From Bacteroidales bacterium (GTDB lineage Bacteria; Bacteroidota; Bacteroidia; Bacteroidales; UBA7960): a stretch of 64,000 nucleotides of DNA. A program made the translations under genes and the position numbers. Of the stretch, positions 54,236 to 63,924 are shown one piece after another (the stretch's first letter is position 1; each line of letters opens with the position of its first letter). A model generated the notes under the pieces. The model did not search any database and was not told where the DNA came from. It saw only the letters and a program-made list of their open reading frames with translations. The stretch spans positions 3,457 through 67,456 of the forward strand of contig PWON01000196.1 in assembly GCA_003557385.1 (NCBI GenBank), in the 5' to 3' direction.

Positions 54236-56281
54236 ATGCGTAAATTTACTATGATCACCGCCCTGATCTGGCTAATACTTCCTGTTACAAAAGCCAGCGA
54301 TGTAATGACCACCCACAACATCTTTGACTTAAAAACGGTGGTTGAAGTTTCCATGTCGCCCGATGAGCGATACATTGCCTTCACAGTAAATGTACCCCGG
54401 CCATTCACCCATTCTGCCGGTACCGATTACCGGGAACTTTATGTCTATGACCTGGAAACCGGTGAAATCATCCCTTTTATGACTGGTAACCGCCAGATCT
54501 TCAGTTTGGGATGGACTCCTGCAGGGGATGCCGTTACGTTCCGTGCAAATTTGCCCGACATTCCGTACGTTCAGGTATACGCCATGAGCCTCCGTGGGGG
54601 AGAACCGCGTCCACTTACCGAACATACTGCCAGCGTGTTGGATTATGCTTTCATGGATGATGAAACCCTGGCCTTTGTGTCCATGGGCCAAAGGGATCCC
54701 ATGCTCCAGGAATTTCGCAGCAAGGGGATTGAGATTGAGGTGTACGAAGAAGAATGGGTTCACCGCAACCTCTATGTGTACAAAATGAATACCGGTGAAC
54801 TCAGGCAAGTCACCGAAGGGGTAACCGTCTTTGATTTTGTCCTGAGCCCGGATGGCCGCCATGCTGCTGCAGCCATTGCACCCCGGAACCTGGTGGACGA
54901 CAGTTATATGTTTAAGCGCATCCACCTGGTTGACCTGCAAACCGGCGCCATTGACATGATCATGGAAAATCCCGGCAAACTGGCCAACATGGCTTTTAGC
55001 CCAGACGGAAGCAAACTGGCTTTCCGTGCGGCAAGCAAACTGGAAGATTCTGTGGAAGGAAGTCTTTTTGTCATTGACCTGGATTCCCTTGTGACATTTG
55101 AGGAACTCCGGAACTATGCCGAAGGGCTGGAATTATCAGTAATAGACTTTGCATGGAAAAACGACAGCACGCTGCTGTTTGCAGCCGAAGAAAGTGTGGA
55201 CATTGTGTTGAGCCAGCAAAAACTCGATGAAGAAGAGCGGTCCATATTGATTGAAGCCGGTCATGTGGTATTCCGCAGATTCCATTACAACGACGGCAAG
55301 GTGATCTTTTCGGGAAACACCTGGGAACATCCCAATGAACTTTATGTATACGACCTGGATGGTGACCTGCTATTGCGCCAGACCGATCACAACCCATGGC
55401 TGTCAGATGTCCGGTTGGCCCAACAGCGCAAATTGACCTATTACGCACGCGACGGACACGACATCGAAGGCGTTTTACTCTATCCCATTGATTATGATGA
55501 AGAAAAGACTTATCCCCTGATCGTTTACATACATGGCGGTCCGGAAGCAGCCGTTCAGAATGGATGGGTTACCGGTTACGGTACCTGGGGACAGGTTGCC
55601 GCGGCCCGCGGTTATTTTTTATTCATGCCCAACTACCGTGCAAGCTCAGGCCGGGGGGTTGATTTCACCATGGCTGGTTATGGCGACCTTGTCGGCGTGG
55701 AATACGATGACGTCATTGACGGCATTGACCATCTCATAGAAACCGGCTATGTTGATATTGACAGGGTTGGTATCGGCGGGGGGTCTTACGGAGGATATTT
55801 TTCGGCCTGGTCGGCAACACGCCACACCGACAGGTTTGCCGCATCGGTGATGTTTGTCGGAATTTCCAACCAGATATCCAAACGCAATACCACCGACATT
55901 CCATGGGAGGATTATTACGTGCACTGGGGTTACTGGACCTACGAAGACTGGGAGGATGTATACAGCCGCAGCCCGGTCAAGTATGCCCACCAAAGCCTTA
56001 CCCCCACCCTGATCCTGCACGGTGATGCCGACCCGCGTGTGCATCCATCGCAAAGCCTCGAGATGTACAGGGCATTGAAATTACACGGATGTGCGCCCGT
56101 CCGGCTGATCTGGTATCAGGGCGAAGGCCACGGCAACCGGCGAAATGTGCACCGGCTTGATTATATTGTACGTACCATGGAGTGGTTCGATTATTTTCTT
56201 AACCTGGAAAACCCGCGGGATCAGATGCCGGAGAAGTATCCGGAGGCGGTGTTGCAGAAAGAAGAAGGAAGAAGTAATTAG
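54236..56281 (+). CDS. S9 family (S9C-like) serine peptidase, exported
   Basis: Signal peptide, propeller repeats, HGGP, GGSYGG, D..V, EGH; TATTTTTG at 54175. Confidence 0.92.
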   Translation: MRKFTMITALIWLILPVTKASDVMTTHNIFDLKTVVEVSMSPDERYIAFTVNVPRPFTHSAGTDYRELYVYDLETGEIIPFMTGNRQIFSLGWTPAGDAVTFRANLPDIPYVQVYAMSLRGGEPRPLTEHTASVLDYAFMDDETLAFVSMGQRDPMLQEFRSKGIEIEVYEEEWVHRNLYVYKMNTGELRQVTEGVTVFDFVLSPDGRHAAAAIAPRNLVDDSYMFKRIHLVDLQTGAIDMIMENPGKLANMAFSPDGSKLAFRAASKLEDSVEGSLFVIDLDSLVTFEELRNYAEGLELSVIDFAWKNDSTLLFAAEESVDIVLSQQKLDEEERSILIEAGHVVFRRFHYNDGKVIFSGNTWEHPNELYVYDLDGDLLLRQTDHNPWLSDVRLAQQRKLTYYARDGHDIEGVLLYPIDYDEEKTYPLIVYIHGGPEAAVQNGWVTGYGTWGQVAAARGYFLFMPNYRASSGRGVDFTMAGYGDLVGVEYDDVIDGIDHLIETGYVDIDRVGIGGGSYGGYFSAWSATRHTDRFAASVMFVGISNQISKRNTTDIPWEDYYVHWGYWTYEDWEDVYSRSPVKYAHQSLTPTLILHGDADPRVHPSQSLEMYRALKLHGCAPVRLIWYQGEGHGNRRNVHRLDYIVRTMEWFDYFLNLENPRDQMPEKYPEAVLQKEEGRSN

Positions 56282-56330
56282 TAAGAAGTAATTAGTAATT
56301 AGTATTATATAAATAGTTATTAGTAGATAA
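56261..56330 (+). repeat. Degenerate 7-mer tandem array (consensus TAnnTAG), about 10 units
   Basis: gaagaag gaagaag taattag taagaag taattag taattag tattata taaatag ttattag tagataa; contains the peptidase stop codon. Confidence 0.8.
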
Positions 56331-56339
56331 TTTGTGTTT

Positions 56340-57884
56340 ATGGCTGTTTCGAAATTAAAGAGGTTTTCCAGGAAGGTTTTTGGGAAATCACTAGACTATA
56401 TTGAAATCGTGGGCAACCGCCTTCCGCATCCGGCCACAATTTTTGCATTGCTGGCCGGTATCGTGATCCTGATCTCCACCATCAGTTACTGGCTTGGGGT
56501 ATCGGCGGTTCATCCCGTGGATGGCGAGGTGATTCACGTCAAAAACCTGTTAAGCGCAGACGGCATCCGGTGGATATATACCAATATCCTCCACAATTTC
56601 CTTCGTTTTCCCCCACTGGGTTATGTGCTGGTGGTCATGGTGGGCATCGGGTTGGCCGAAGGCACTGGCCTTTTTGCCATCATGATCCGGGCACTGGTAC
56701 TGGGAGCTCCACCCAAGCTCATTACAGGGGCCGTTGTGCTGGCAGGCATTATTTCGGGACTGGCCGTTGAGGCAGGCTATGTTATCCTGATTCCATTGGG
56801 TGCCATGATCTTCCATGGCATTGGCCGGCACCCCATGGCGGGACTTGCTGCTGCGTTTTGTGGCGTAAGCGGGGGATTTGGTGCCAACTTCTTTATCGGT
56901 TCCATTGATCCGATCCTGGCCGGTATTTCCACTTCGGCAGCACAACTCATCATTCCCGACATGGTTGTAAATCCGGCCGTGAATTATTACTTCATGATCG
57001 CGTCAAGTTTTGTGGTATTGCTTGTCGGGGTTTGGGTAACCGAACGGGTTGTAGAACCCAGGCTCGGCAAATATGAAGGCTCCACCGAACGATTTGCCAT
57101 TGAACAATTGACCGCACGCGAAAAAAAGGGGCTTCGATGGGCCGGCATTTCAGCCATTGCCTTCTTGATTTTGCTTGCGCTGACTGTTGTACCAGGCAAT
57201 GGCCTGTTGCGCAATCCTGAAACGGGTTCCGTGTTGCATTCCCCGTTTTTCGACGGCATCATCATCGGCATTATGCTGTTCTTTTTTATTCCCGCCCTGG
57301 TGTACGGATACATTGTTGGCACCATCCGGAACGACAAGGACATGATGAAGCACATCATCAAGTCGATGAGTGGCATGGGTTCATACATCGTGCTTGTATT
57401 CTTTGCGGCACAATTCGTTTATTTCTTCAATGAGTCGAACCTTGGCCTGATCATTGCCATCAAGGGGGCAGCCGGCCTGCGCGACATTGGTTTTACCGGC
57501 CCGGTGCTGATCGCTTCCTTTGTGCTGCTGTCGGCATTTATCAACCTGTTTATGGGCAGTGCCTCGGCCAAATGGGCCATCATCGCACCGGTCTTTATTC
57601 CCATGCTGATGCTGCTCGACAATGCCTACCACCCGGGCATCACACAGGCCGCATTCCGCATTGGCGACAGCCTCACCAACCTGGTCACCCCGATGATGAG
57701 TTATTTTGCCCTGATTGTAACTTTTGCACAGAAATACGATGAGCGCTATGGCATTGGCACCATTATTTCGACCATGCTTCCCTATACGGTATTTCTGGCT
57801 ATTGTATGGATCGCAACCCTGATGTTGTGGGTCTGGCTGGGCATCCCGCTGGGGCCCGACGGACCTATTTATATCAATGGGTAG
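56340..57884 (+). CDS. AbgT family transporter
   Basis: IEIVGNRLPHP, GRHPMAG, GSASAKW, RIGDS..N, GIPLGP. Confidence 0.93.
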   Translation: MAVSKLKRFSRKVFGKSLDYIEIVGNRLPHPATIFALLAGIVILISTISYWLGVSAVHPVDGEVIHVKNLLSADGIRWIYTNILHNFLRFPPLGYVLVVMVGIGLAEGTGLFAIMIRALVLGAPPKLITGAVVLAGIISGLAVEAGYVILIPLGAMIFHGIGRHPMAGLAAAFCGVSGGFGANFFIGSIDPILAGISTSAAQLIIPDMVVNPAVNYYFMIASSFVVLLVGVWVTERVVEPRLGKYEGSTERFAIEQLTAREKKGLRWAGISAIAFLILLALTVVPGNGLLRNPETGSVLHSPFFDGIIIGIMLFFFIPALVYGYIVGTIRNDKDMMKHIIKSMSGMGSYIVLVFFAAQFVYFFNESNLGLIIAIKGAAGLRDIGFTGPVLIASFVLLSAFINLFMGSASAKWAIIAPVFIPMLMLLDNAYHPGITQAAFRIGDSLTNLVTPMMSYFALIVTFAQKYDERYGIGTIISTMLPYTVFLAIVWIATLMLWVWLGIPLGPDGPIYING

Positions 57885-57930
57885 TCTGGCTGGGAGAGCA
57901 TGTCCCATTATCATTTACTGGCTGAACTCC

Positions 57931-59751
57931 TTACATTCGTTCCGGCACATCGATGCCGAGCAAAGCCATCCCATTGCGGATGGTGGTGACAGTAAGTTGC
58001 GAAAGCAAGAGGCGGAAATCACTGATCCCCTGATCGGGTTCATTCAGGATGGAATAGTCGTGGTAAAACTGGTTGAACTCCCTGGCCACTTCATACACAT
58101 AATTCGCCACCCTGGCAGGGCTTAGTTCATGGGCAGCCTCCAGGACCACCCCGGGAAATTCATGTAGCCTTTTCAGCAATTCTTTTTCTTTCCCGTTTGG
58201 TGAAATGCCTTCCAAAGAACCATATGCATGCTTCAGGCGTCCAGGGCTTGCTTTGCGCAACACAGAACAAATGCGGGCATGGGTATATTGAATGAAGGGA
58301 CCGGTATTGCCGTTGAAGTCAATCGATTCTTCCGGGTTGAACAACATATTTTTCTGTGGATCCACTTTGAGTATAAAATATTTCAGGGCACCCAACCCGA
58401 TCACGCGATAAAGTTCCTGTTTATCCGCTTCACTTAAACCCTGTGTTTTGCCCAGTTCTTCAGTGGTTTTACGAGCTGTTGCCACCATTTCATCCATCAG
58501 GTCGTCGGCATCAACCACTGTGCCTTCACGCGATTTCATCCTGCCCTGGGGCAATTCAACCATCCCGTAACTCAAGTGGTGGATGGCAGCGGCATAGGGT
58601 TTGCCCAATGTATCAAGAACCTTTTTCAGCACGTCAAAATGGTGATTCTGTTCATTGCCCACCACATATATCATTTTTCGGGGTAAAAAATCATCATAGC
58701 GCAGCTGGGCGGTACCGATATCCTGGGTCATATACACCGATGTTCCATCGGCCCGGAGCAAAAGCTTTTCATTCAGCTCGTATTCGCTCAGGTCGGCCCA
58801 TACCGATCCGTCTTCTTTTTCATAAAATGCCCCGGCACGAAGGCCCTCCGAAACAATTTCGCGGCCCAAAAGGTATGTTTCAGATTCGTAATATGTTTTG
58901 TCAAATGCCACACCCATTCGCTTGTACGTAACATCAAACCCCTGGTATACCCACTCATTCATTTGCTTCCAAACGGCAAGCACCTCCGGATCACGCGCCT
59001 CCCAACGGCGCAATAAGGACCGGGCTTCCTGCATCAGGGGGGCTTCCTTGCGGGCTTCCTCTTCGCTGATCCCCTTGTCTTTCATGAGGGCGTCTACCTG
59101 TTGTCGCAGTTTTGTTTCAAAAACCACGTAGTAATCTCCCACCAGTTTATCACCCTTCTTTTCACTACTTTCCGGGGTTTCACCCTGGCCAAACCTGATC
59201 CACGCCAACATCGATTTGCATATATGTATTCCCCGGTCGTTGACCAGGTTCACCTTGACCACCTGGTTGCCTGTTCCTTCCAGGAGCAGCGATACGGCAT
59301 ACCCCAGAAGATTGTTGCGGATGTGCCCCAGGTGCAGCGGTTTGTTTGTATTCGGGGAAGAAAACTCCACCACCACAGGCTTTTTCGCTTGCGATGATCT
59401 GCCGGGGTCTTCATGCTTCGCAGAGGCGTACCCAAACCGTTCATTGCCCGCTTCCCTGCCCAAAAAATCCAACCAGAACCCGGGCGTGAGTACCATGTTG
59501 AGGAATCCTTTGACCACATTATACCCCTCTATTTGTGGAATTTGCCTGAGCAATGTTTGCCCCAGAAGTTCAGCAACTTGTTCCGGGGAACGTTTCAAAC
59601 ATTTTACGAAAGGAAAAACCACCAGGGTCAGGTCGCCGGCAAATTCCTTGCGGGTTTTCTGGAGCAAAATGGTTGTGGGATCAACTTGCTGACCCGATTC
59701 CTGCAAAATGCTTTCCGCAACCACTGCAGCAATGTTCTCCTCAATCTTCAT
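57931..59751 (-). CDS. argS: Arginine--tRNA ligase
   Basis: SSPNTNKPLHLGH, MKSREG, GNTGPFIQY, C-terminal PERM; TATCTTTG at 59780-59773. Confidence 0.98.
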   Translation of the reverse strand: MKIEENIAAVVAESILQESGQQVDPTTILLQKTRKEFAGDLTLVVFPFVKCLKRSPEQVAELLGQTLLRQIPQIEGYNVVKGFLNMVLTPGFWLDFLGREAGNERFGYASAKHEDPGRSSQAKKPVVVEFSSPNTNKPLHLGHIRNNLLGYAVSLLLEGTGNQVVKVNLVNDRGIHICKSMLAWIRFGQGETPESSEKKGDKLVGDYYVVFETKLRQQVDALMKDKGISEEEARKEAPLMQEARSLLRRWEARDPEVLAVWKQMNEWVYQGFDVTYKRMGVAFDKTYYESETYLLGREIVSEGLRAGAFYEKEDGSVWADLSEYELNEKLLLRADGTSVYMTQDIGTAQLRYDDFLPRKMIYVVGNEQNHHFDVLKKVLDTLGKPYAAAIHHLSYGMVELPQGRMKSREGTVVDADDLMDEMVATARKTTEELGKTQGLSEADKQELYRVIGLGALKYFILKVDPQKNMLFNPEESIDFNGNTGPFIQYTHARICSVLRKASPGRLKHAYGSLEGISPNGKEKELLKRLHEFPGVVLEAAHELSPARVANYVYEVAREFNQFYHDYSILNEPDQGISDFRLLLSQLTVTTIRNGMALLGIDVPERM

Positions 59752-59784
59752 ATCTTCGGGATTTTAACGGGCCAAAGATACAAT

Positions 59785-61170
59785 TTAAAAGAATAAAACC
59801 ACCGCGATGCCGAAATAGATCAGCAATCCGGTAATATCCACCATGGTGGTAATGGCCGGGCTGGCAGCCACAGCGGGGTCTCCGCCCAAACGTTTTACAA
59901 TGAGTGGCAGTGAGGCCCCAATGAGTGTGGCCGATATTACCTGAAGGCTCAGGGCCAGTGAAATTCCAAAGGCGATAAAAAACAAACTGTATTGATCGGG
60001 CACATCGGTTTCCCAGGAAAGGAAAAGTATTTTCCCAAAAGCAATAAGGCCGAGAACCACCGACAACAACAAAGCGATGCGGGCCTCCTTAAAAAGGATC
60101 ATCAGCCAGTTTTTCAGGGTGATCTGTCCAAGTGCCAGGGCACGTATTACCACGGTAGCTGACTGTGAACCGACATTGCCACCAGAGTCTGCCACCATGG
60201 GCATATACAATGCCAGAATGATGAGTACCGACATCGCCTCCTCATACCGGTGAATGATCATACCGGAAATTACCCCGATTATGGCCAGGCTTGCCACCCA
60301 GGTGATGCGCTTGCGGAAATGGGAAAAGACACTGGTTTCAGGATAGTCCAGGCCATCTTCGTCCGGAACGATCCCCATGAACTTCTCCATGTCTTCGGTC
60401 TGCTCGGCCTGGATTACCTCCAGGGCATCATCGTGCCGGACAATCCCGGCCAACTGTCCGTATTTGTTTATGACCGGGATGGCCACCAGGTCGTACTTTT
60501 CAATTTTAACGGCCACCGATTCCCTGTCTTCATCCACTTCGGCCCAGGCGAAATCTTTATACACAATATCCCAGATGGAGGTGCCGGGTTCGGCCATGAT
60601 AAGATCCTTCAGGGTGGTAAAACCATGCAGCTTCATATCGTCATCCACCACATACACATAATAGATCATCTTTTTGGAGGGTGCATCGCTGCGCACCTTC
60701 TCTATGGCCTGGGCCGCGGTCATATCGCCCATGATGGTGGCAAAATCGGTACTCATGATCCCCCCGGCCGTTTCAGGATCATATGAACTCAGCCGGATGA
60801 CGTTTTCCCGGGTTTTCTTGTCAAGGTACGGCAGGAGATTCAGTTGTTCATCCCTGTCCAGTTCCTGGTAGAGGTCGGCCCTCAGTTCTGAGGCCATGTG
60901 CACAAAAATCCGCGAAAAATTCCGGGGGCCAAGGTGTTCAAAAAGATCCACCTGCATTTCCAGGTCGAAATCCGACACAATATAACCCTGCTCCTCGGGA
61001 GAAAAAAGATTAAGCACCTCAATGAGGTTCGCCTGTTCCAGGTCTCTCAATACCTCCACCACCTCAACCACCGGCATTTTCCTGAGAATGGTAACCAGGG
61101 CCTCCCATTCCCTTGCGATGATCAATCCCTCAATGACTACATTTTTCTGATCAGTGTCGAGCGTGACCAT
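59785..61170 (-). CDS. mgtE: Magnesium transporter MgtE
   Basis: ETAGGIM, CBS pair, GGNVGSQ, DPAVAASPAITTMVD; start moved to MVTLD (61170), which follows an SD. Confidence 0.95.
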   Translation of the reverse strand: MVTLDTDQKNVVIEGLIIAREWEALVTILRKMPVVEVVEVLRDLEQANLIEVLNLFSPEEQGYIVSDFDLEMQVDLFEHLGPRNFSRIFVHMASELRADLYQELDRDEQLNLLPYLDKKTRENVIRLSSYDPETAGGIMSTDFATIMGDMTAAQAIEKVRSDAPSKKMIYYVYVVDDDMKLHGFTTLKDLIMAEPGTSIWDIVYKDFAWAEVDEDRESVAVKIEKYDLVAIPVINKYGQLAGIVRHDDALEVIQAEQTEDMEKFMGIVPDEDGLDYPETSVFSHFRKRITWVASLAIIGVISGMIIHRYEEAMSVLIILALYMPMVADSGGNVGSQSATVVIRALALGQITLKNWLMILFKEARIALLLSVVLGLIAFGKILFLSWETDVPDQYSLFFIAFGISLALSLQVISATLIGASLPLIVKRLGGDPAVAASPAITTMVDITGLLIYFGIAVVLFF

Positions 61171-61243
61171 AATGACCTCCTTTCTGATGCAGGTGGGCCT
61201 GCCGGGCTTAAAAGCTAATGGTACAAGGGGGATATGAAGCCAC

Positions 61244-61275
61244 AAAAAAACCCTTCCGGATCATCATGGGAAGGG
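61244..61275 (-). terminator. Intrinsic terminator in the mgtE leader (riboswitch expression platform)
   Basis: Minus strand CCCTTCC-catgatgatcc-GGAAGGG-TTTTTTT, between the aptamer and the mgtE start. Confidence 0.82.
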
Positions 61276-61330
61276 GGCTTTGTAACCATTCAGGGTGATT
61301 CCGCATATTTTGCGGTCCCTGCTGTTCTGC

Positions 61331-61486
61331 CCCTTGTTGAGTTTTAGCTCTGGATGACTTATCCCCGAAACGGGGAAGCTACCTTAAGCCATGCCTTAAT
61401 CCGACAAAGCCTGTTCTACCCATTGGCGTCTGTAGACATTTTTGGGCAGTAGCCTGTGTTCATCCAGTAGCCTCACCTAACAGGCA
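61331..61486 (-). ncRNA. M-box (ykoK) Mg2+ riboswitch
   Basis: Minus strand GTTAGGTGAGGCT...ACTGCCCAAAAATGTC..AGACGCCAATGGGT..AACAG...TAAGG...GCTAAAACTCAAC matches the conserved ykoK blocks; lies upstream of mgtE. Confidence 0.92.
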
Positions 61487-61523
61487 ACACCACTGTTTAA
61501 GAACAATGCTGAACTTTCCAGTG

Positions 61524-61560
61524 CAAATATAATAAAAAAAGGACACGATTCGTATCTTTG
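61524..61560. promoter_or_regulatory. Divergent Bacteroidota -7 elements for M-box/mgtE (minus) and the M28 peptidase (plus)
   Basis: TATATTTG on minus (61531-61524); TATCTTTG on plus (61553-61560). Confidence 0.65.
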
Positions 61561-61578
61561 GCAAAAATTCCCGGAATT

Positions 61579-62571
61579 ATGATACGCAAGCATATCCCCT
61601 TTTTCCTGATATTTCTGATGCTCTCCTGCAGCGGCGCGATAGAAACCGGAAATAACCGGTACAATGCAGAAACCAAACAAGAAAAACCGGTCATTGTTCC
61701 TGTTTTTGACCCCGACTCTGCATATCATTTTATAGCACAACAAGTGGCATTCGGACCACGCGTCCCAAATACCGAGGCACACCGCCAGGCCGGCCTCTGG
61801 CTTGCCGGGCAACTGGAAAGGTTTGCCGACACTGTGTACATTCAGCAGACCCGTGTCAGGGCATACAACGGCACCGTATTGAACATCAAAAATATGATCG
61901 GGGTGTTTCAACCGGAGAGCCGCCGGCGGATTTTACTCTGTGCCCACTGGGACAGCCGCCCCTATGCCGACTATGATCCCGACCCGGAAAAACATTACAC
62001 GCCCATTGACGGGGCCAATGACGGGGCCAGCGGTGTAGGCGTCCTGCTGGAAATAGCCCGTTTGATCAGTGAAGAAGCCCCCGGTACAGGCATCGACATT
62101 ATCTTTTTCGATGCAGAAGATTACGGTCGCCACAGGTTTTCACAGCTTCCCGAAGATGACAGCTGGGCATTGGGCGCCCAGTATTGGGCCAGGAATCCGC
62201 ACCGGCCCGATTACAATGCCCGGTTCGGCATCCTGCTCGACATGGTCGGGGCATCCGGGGCAACATTCCGGCGCGAAGCATATTCAATGCTATATGCCCC
62301 AAATGTGGTGAGGAAGGTATGGGATACAGCACACCGGCTCGGATACGGGCATCTGTTCCTCAATACGGACGGATCCTTTATCGTTGACGACCATTACTAT
62401 ATAAACAGGATCCGCAATATTCCGACCATCAACATCATTCACCAGGACGACAGCACACTCCATGGCTTTTTCCCCGAATGGCATACCACCGGCGACAACA
62501 TGGATGTAATCGACCGATACACCCTGCAGGCAGTGGGGGAAACCGTTATGAAGGTGATCTACGGAGAGTGA
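61579..62571 (+). CDS. M28 family metallopeptidase / glutaminyl cyclase-like lipoprotein
   Basis: Lipobox MLSC, FGPRVP, AHWDSR, GANDGASG, DAED, LDMVG, DDH, WHT. Confidence 0.9.
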   Translation: MIRKHIPFFLIFLMLSCSGAIETGNNRYNAETKQEKPVIVPVFDPDSAYHFIAQQVAFGPRVPNTEAHRQAGLWLAGQLERFADTVYIQQTRVRAYNGTVLNIKNMIGVFQPESRRRILLCAHWDSRPYADYDPDPEKHYTPIDGANDGASGVGVLLEIARLISEEAPGTGIDIIFFDAEDYGRHRFSQLPEDDSWALGAQYWARNPHRPDYNARFGILLDMVGASGATFRREAYSMLYAPNVVRKVWDTAHRLGYGHLFLNTDGSFIVDDHYYINRIRNIPTINIIHQDDSTLHGFFPEWHTTGDNMDVIDRYTLQAVGETVMKVIYGE

Positions 62572-62668
62572 ATGTCAAGAGACGGTTTATGACATCATAC
62601 GAAGATGGCACCGCCAGGAACATTTTCTGCAACGGCCTGTAAGTGATTTGATTTCGCATGGTGCAGGA

Positions 62669-63754
62669 TCAATCGAATACCGGTCGTGGCGTATCAGCGG
62701 TAGATGCAGGCAGAACAGGCAATTCCAGTGCATAGGGCGGTATTTCCCCGGTCAATGCTTCCAGAAAGGCCAGGATGAGCGCATTCTCTTCAGGGGTCAG
62801 TGCCCTTGAAAGCATATCCATGGCCACAATGTCTACCGTTTCACTGAGTGACCAAACGCTGCCATCATGCAGATACGGATAGGTCTGTGTAATATTCAAC
62901 AGAGAAGGCACCTTGAAGGCGTGCATATCGAGGGGGTTGCCTGTAATATCAAAGCGGCCCGGATCGCTTTTGCCTGATGCCCGTTCGGCAGGCGTTTGAA
63001 AAATTGAGAAAGCCTGACCACCCATGGCAGGGCCTCCGTGGCAGGAGTTGCATCCCACATCCATAAATACCTCAAGCCCTTTTTTTTCTTTTTCGGTCAG
63101 GGCCCCGGCATCCCCACTGAGGAAATCATCAAAGCGTGAGGGGGTTAACAGTATACGTTCGAAAGCGCCGATGGCTACCCCGACATGTTCATAAACCAAG
63201 GCCTGGTCTGCATCGGGGAAGGCCTGTTGAAACCGTTCTGCATATTCGGGCATGGATGACAATACTGCAAGCACATGTTCCTGGGTGGCAGCCATTTCAA
63301 GGGGATCAAGGATTGGCATCAGCGCCTGTGATTCCACATCCGGCTCGCGGCCATCCCAGAACTGTGTCCGGTGCAGGGCGGCATTGAAAACCGTGGGTGC
63401 ATTGCGCGGCCCCTTCTGCCACATATGTCCGATGGATACAGGCAATTGATCCACCCCAAAGGTGGCCAGATTGTGACAGGTATTGCAACTGATCAGGCCG
63501 CTTTTCGATAAGCGGGGCTCATAAAACAACATTTTACCCAAATCCATGAGGGCCTGAGATCGTGGCATGCCCTCCAAAAAAGCATCTTCAGGCAATGGAC
63601 TGGTAAAGCGCAGGGCGCGTTCCTGCAACCCGGTCAGTTCCGCATCCTTTTCCGGTGCTGCACAATGCGTCAAAAGCATCACAGACAATAATACAATGAA
63701 GGCCGACACAAACACCAGCGGTCTCGAAATGTGCTTTTTCTTAACGTAATTCAT
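62669..63754 (-). CDS. Di-haem cytochrome c peroxidase, probable lipoprotein
   Basis: CNTCH and CNSCH, RNAPTV, QFWDGR, FKVPSL, PYLHDG; start estimated at MNYVKK. Confidence 0.92.
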   Translation of the reverse strand: MNYVKKKHISRPLVFVSAFIVLLSVMLLTHCAAPEKDAELTGLQERALRFTSPLPEDAFLEGMPRSQALMDLGKMLFYEPRLSKSGLISCNTCHNLATFGVDQLPVSIGHMWQKGPRNAPTVFNAALHRTQFWDGREPDVESQALMPILDPLEMAATQEHVLAVLSSMPEYAERFQQAFPDADQALVYEHVGVAIGAFERILLTPSRFDDFLSGDAGALTEKEKKGLEVFMDVGCNSCHGGPAMGGQAFSIFQTPAERASGKSDPGRFDITGNPLDMHAFKVPSLLNITQTYPYLHDGSVWSLSETVDIVAMDMLSRALTPEENALILAFLEALTGEIPPYALELPVLPASTADTPRPVFD

Positions 63755-63924
63755 AATTCTTATGGTTTTGCCCATGCTAAAATACACAATTTCAAGCAAG
63801 GGCCCGGTATTTTTTTTCAGTACAATGCCGGCATCCGGCACAGTTTTCCAAAAAGCTTGTATTTTTGTTACGGCAGGATGTGATGTCACATATCCCCCGA
63901 TTTAGAAACAAAAAAAAACGACGT

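Noticed and set aside
46444-56330. Heptamer arrays as CRISPR or mini-CRISPR
   Set aside because: Units are 7 nt with no spacers, and there are no cas genes.
61171-61245. N-terminal extensions in the ORF track (mgtE, the acyltransferase, ccp, mraZ, the kinase)
   Set aside because: They run through promoters, operators or terminators; downstream ATGs match the family N-termini.
62572-62668. Possible 17-aa peptide (MTSYEDGTARNIFCNGL) between convergent genes
   Set aside because: Too short, with no promoter, motif or other support.
63877-63894. TGTGA-tg-TCACA as a CRP/FNR site upstream of ccp and purE
   Set aside because: The spacer is 2 nt, not 6; it is more likely a small leader hairpin.
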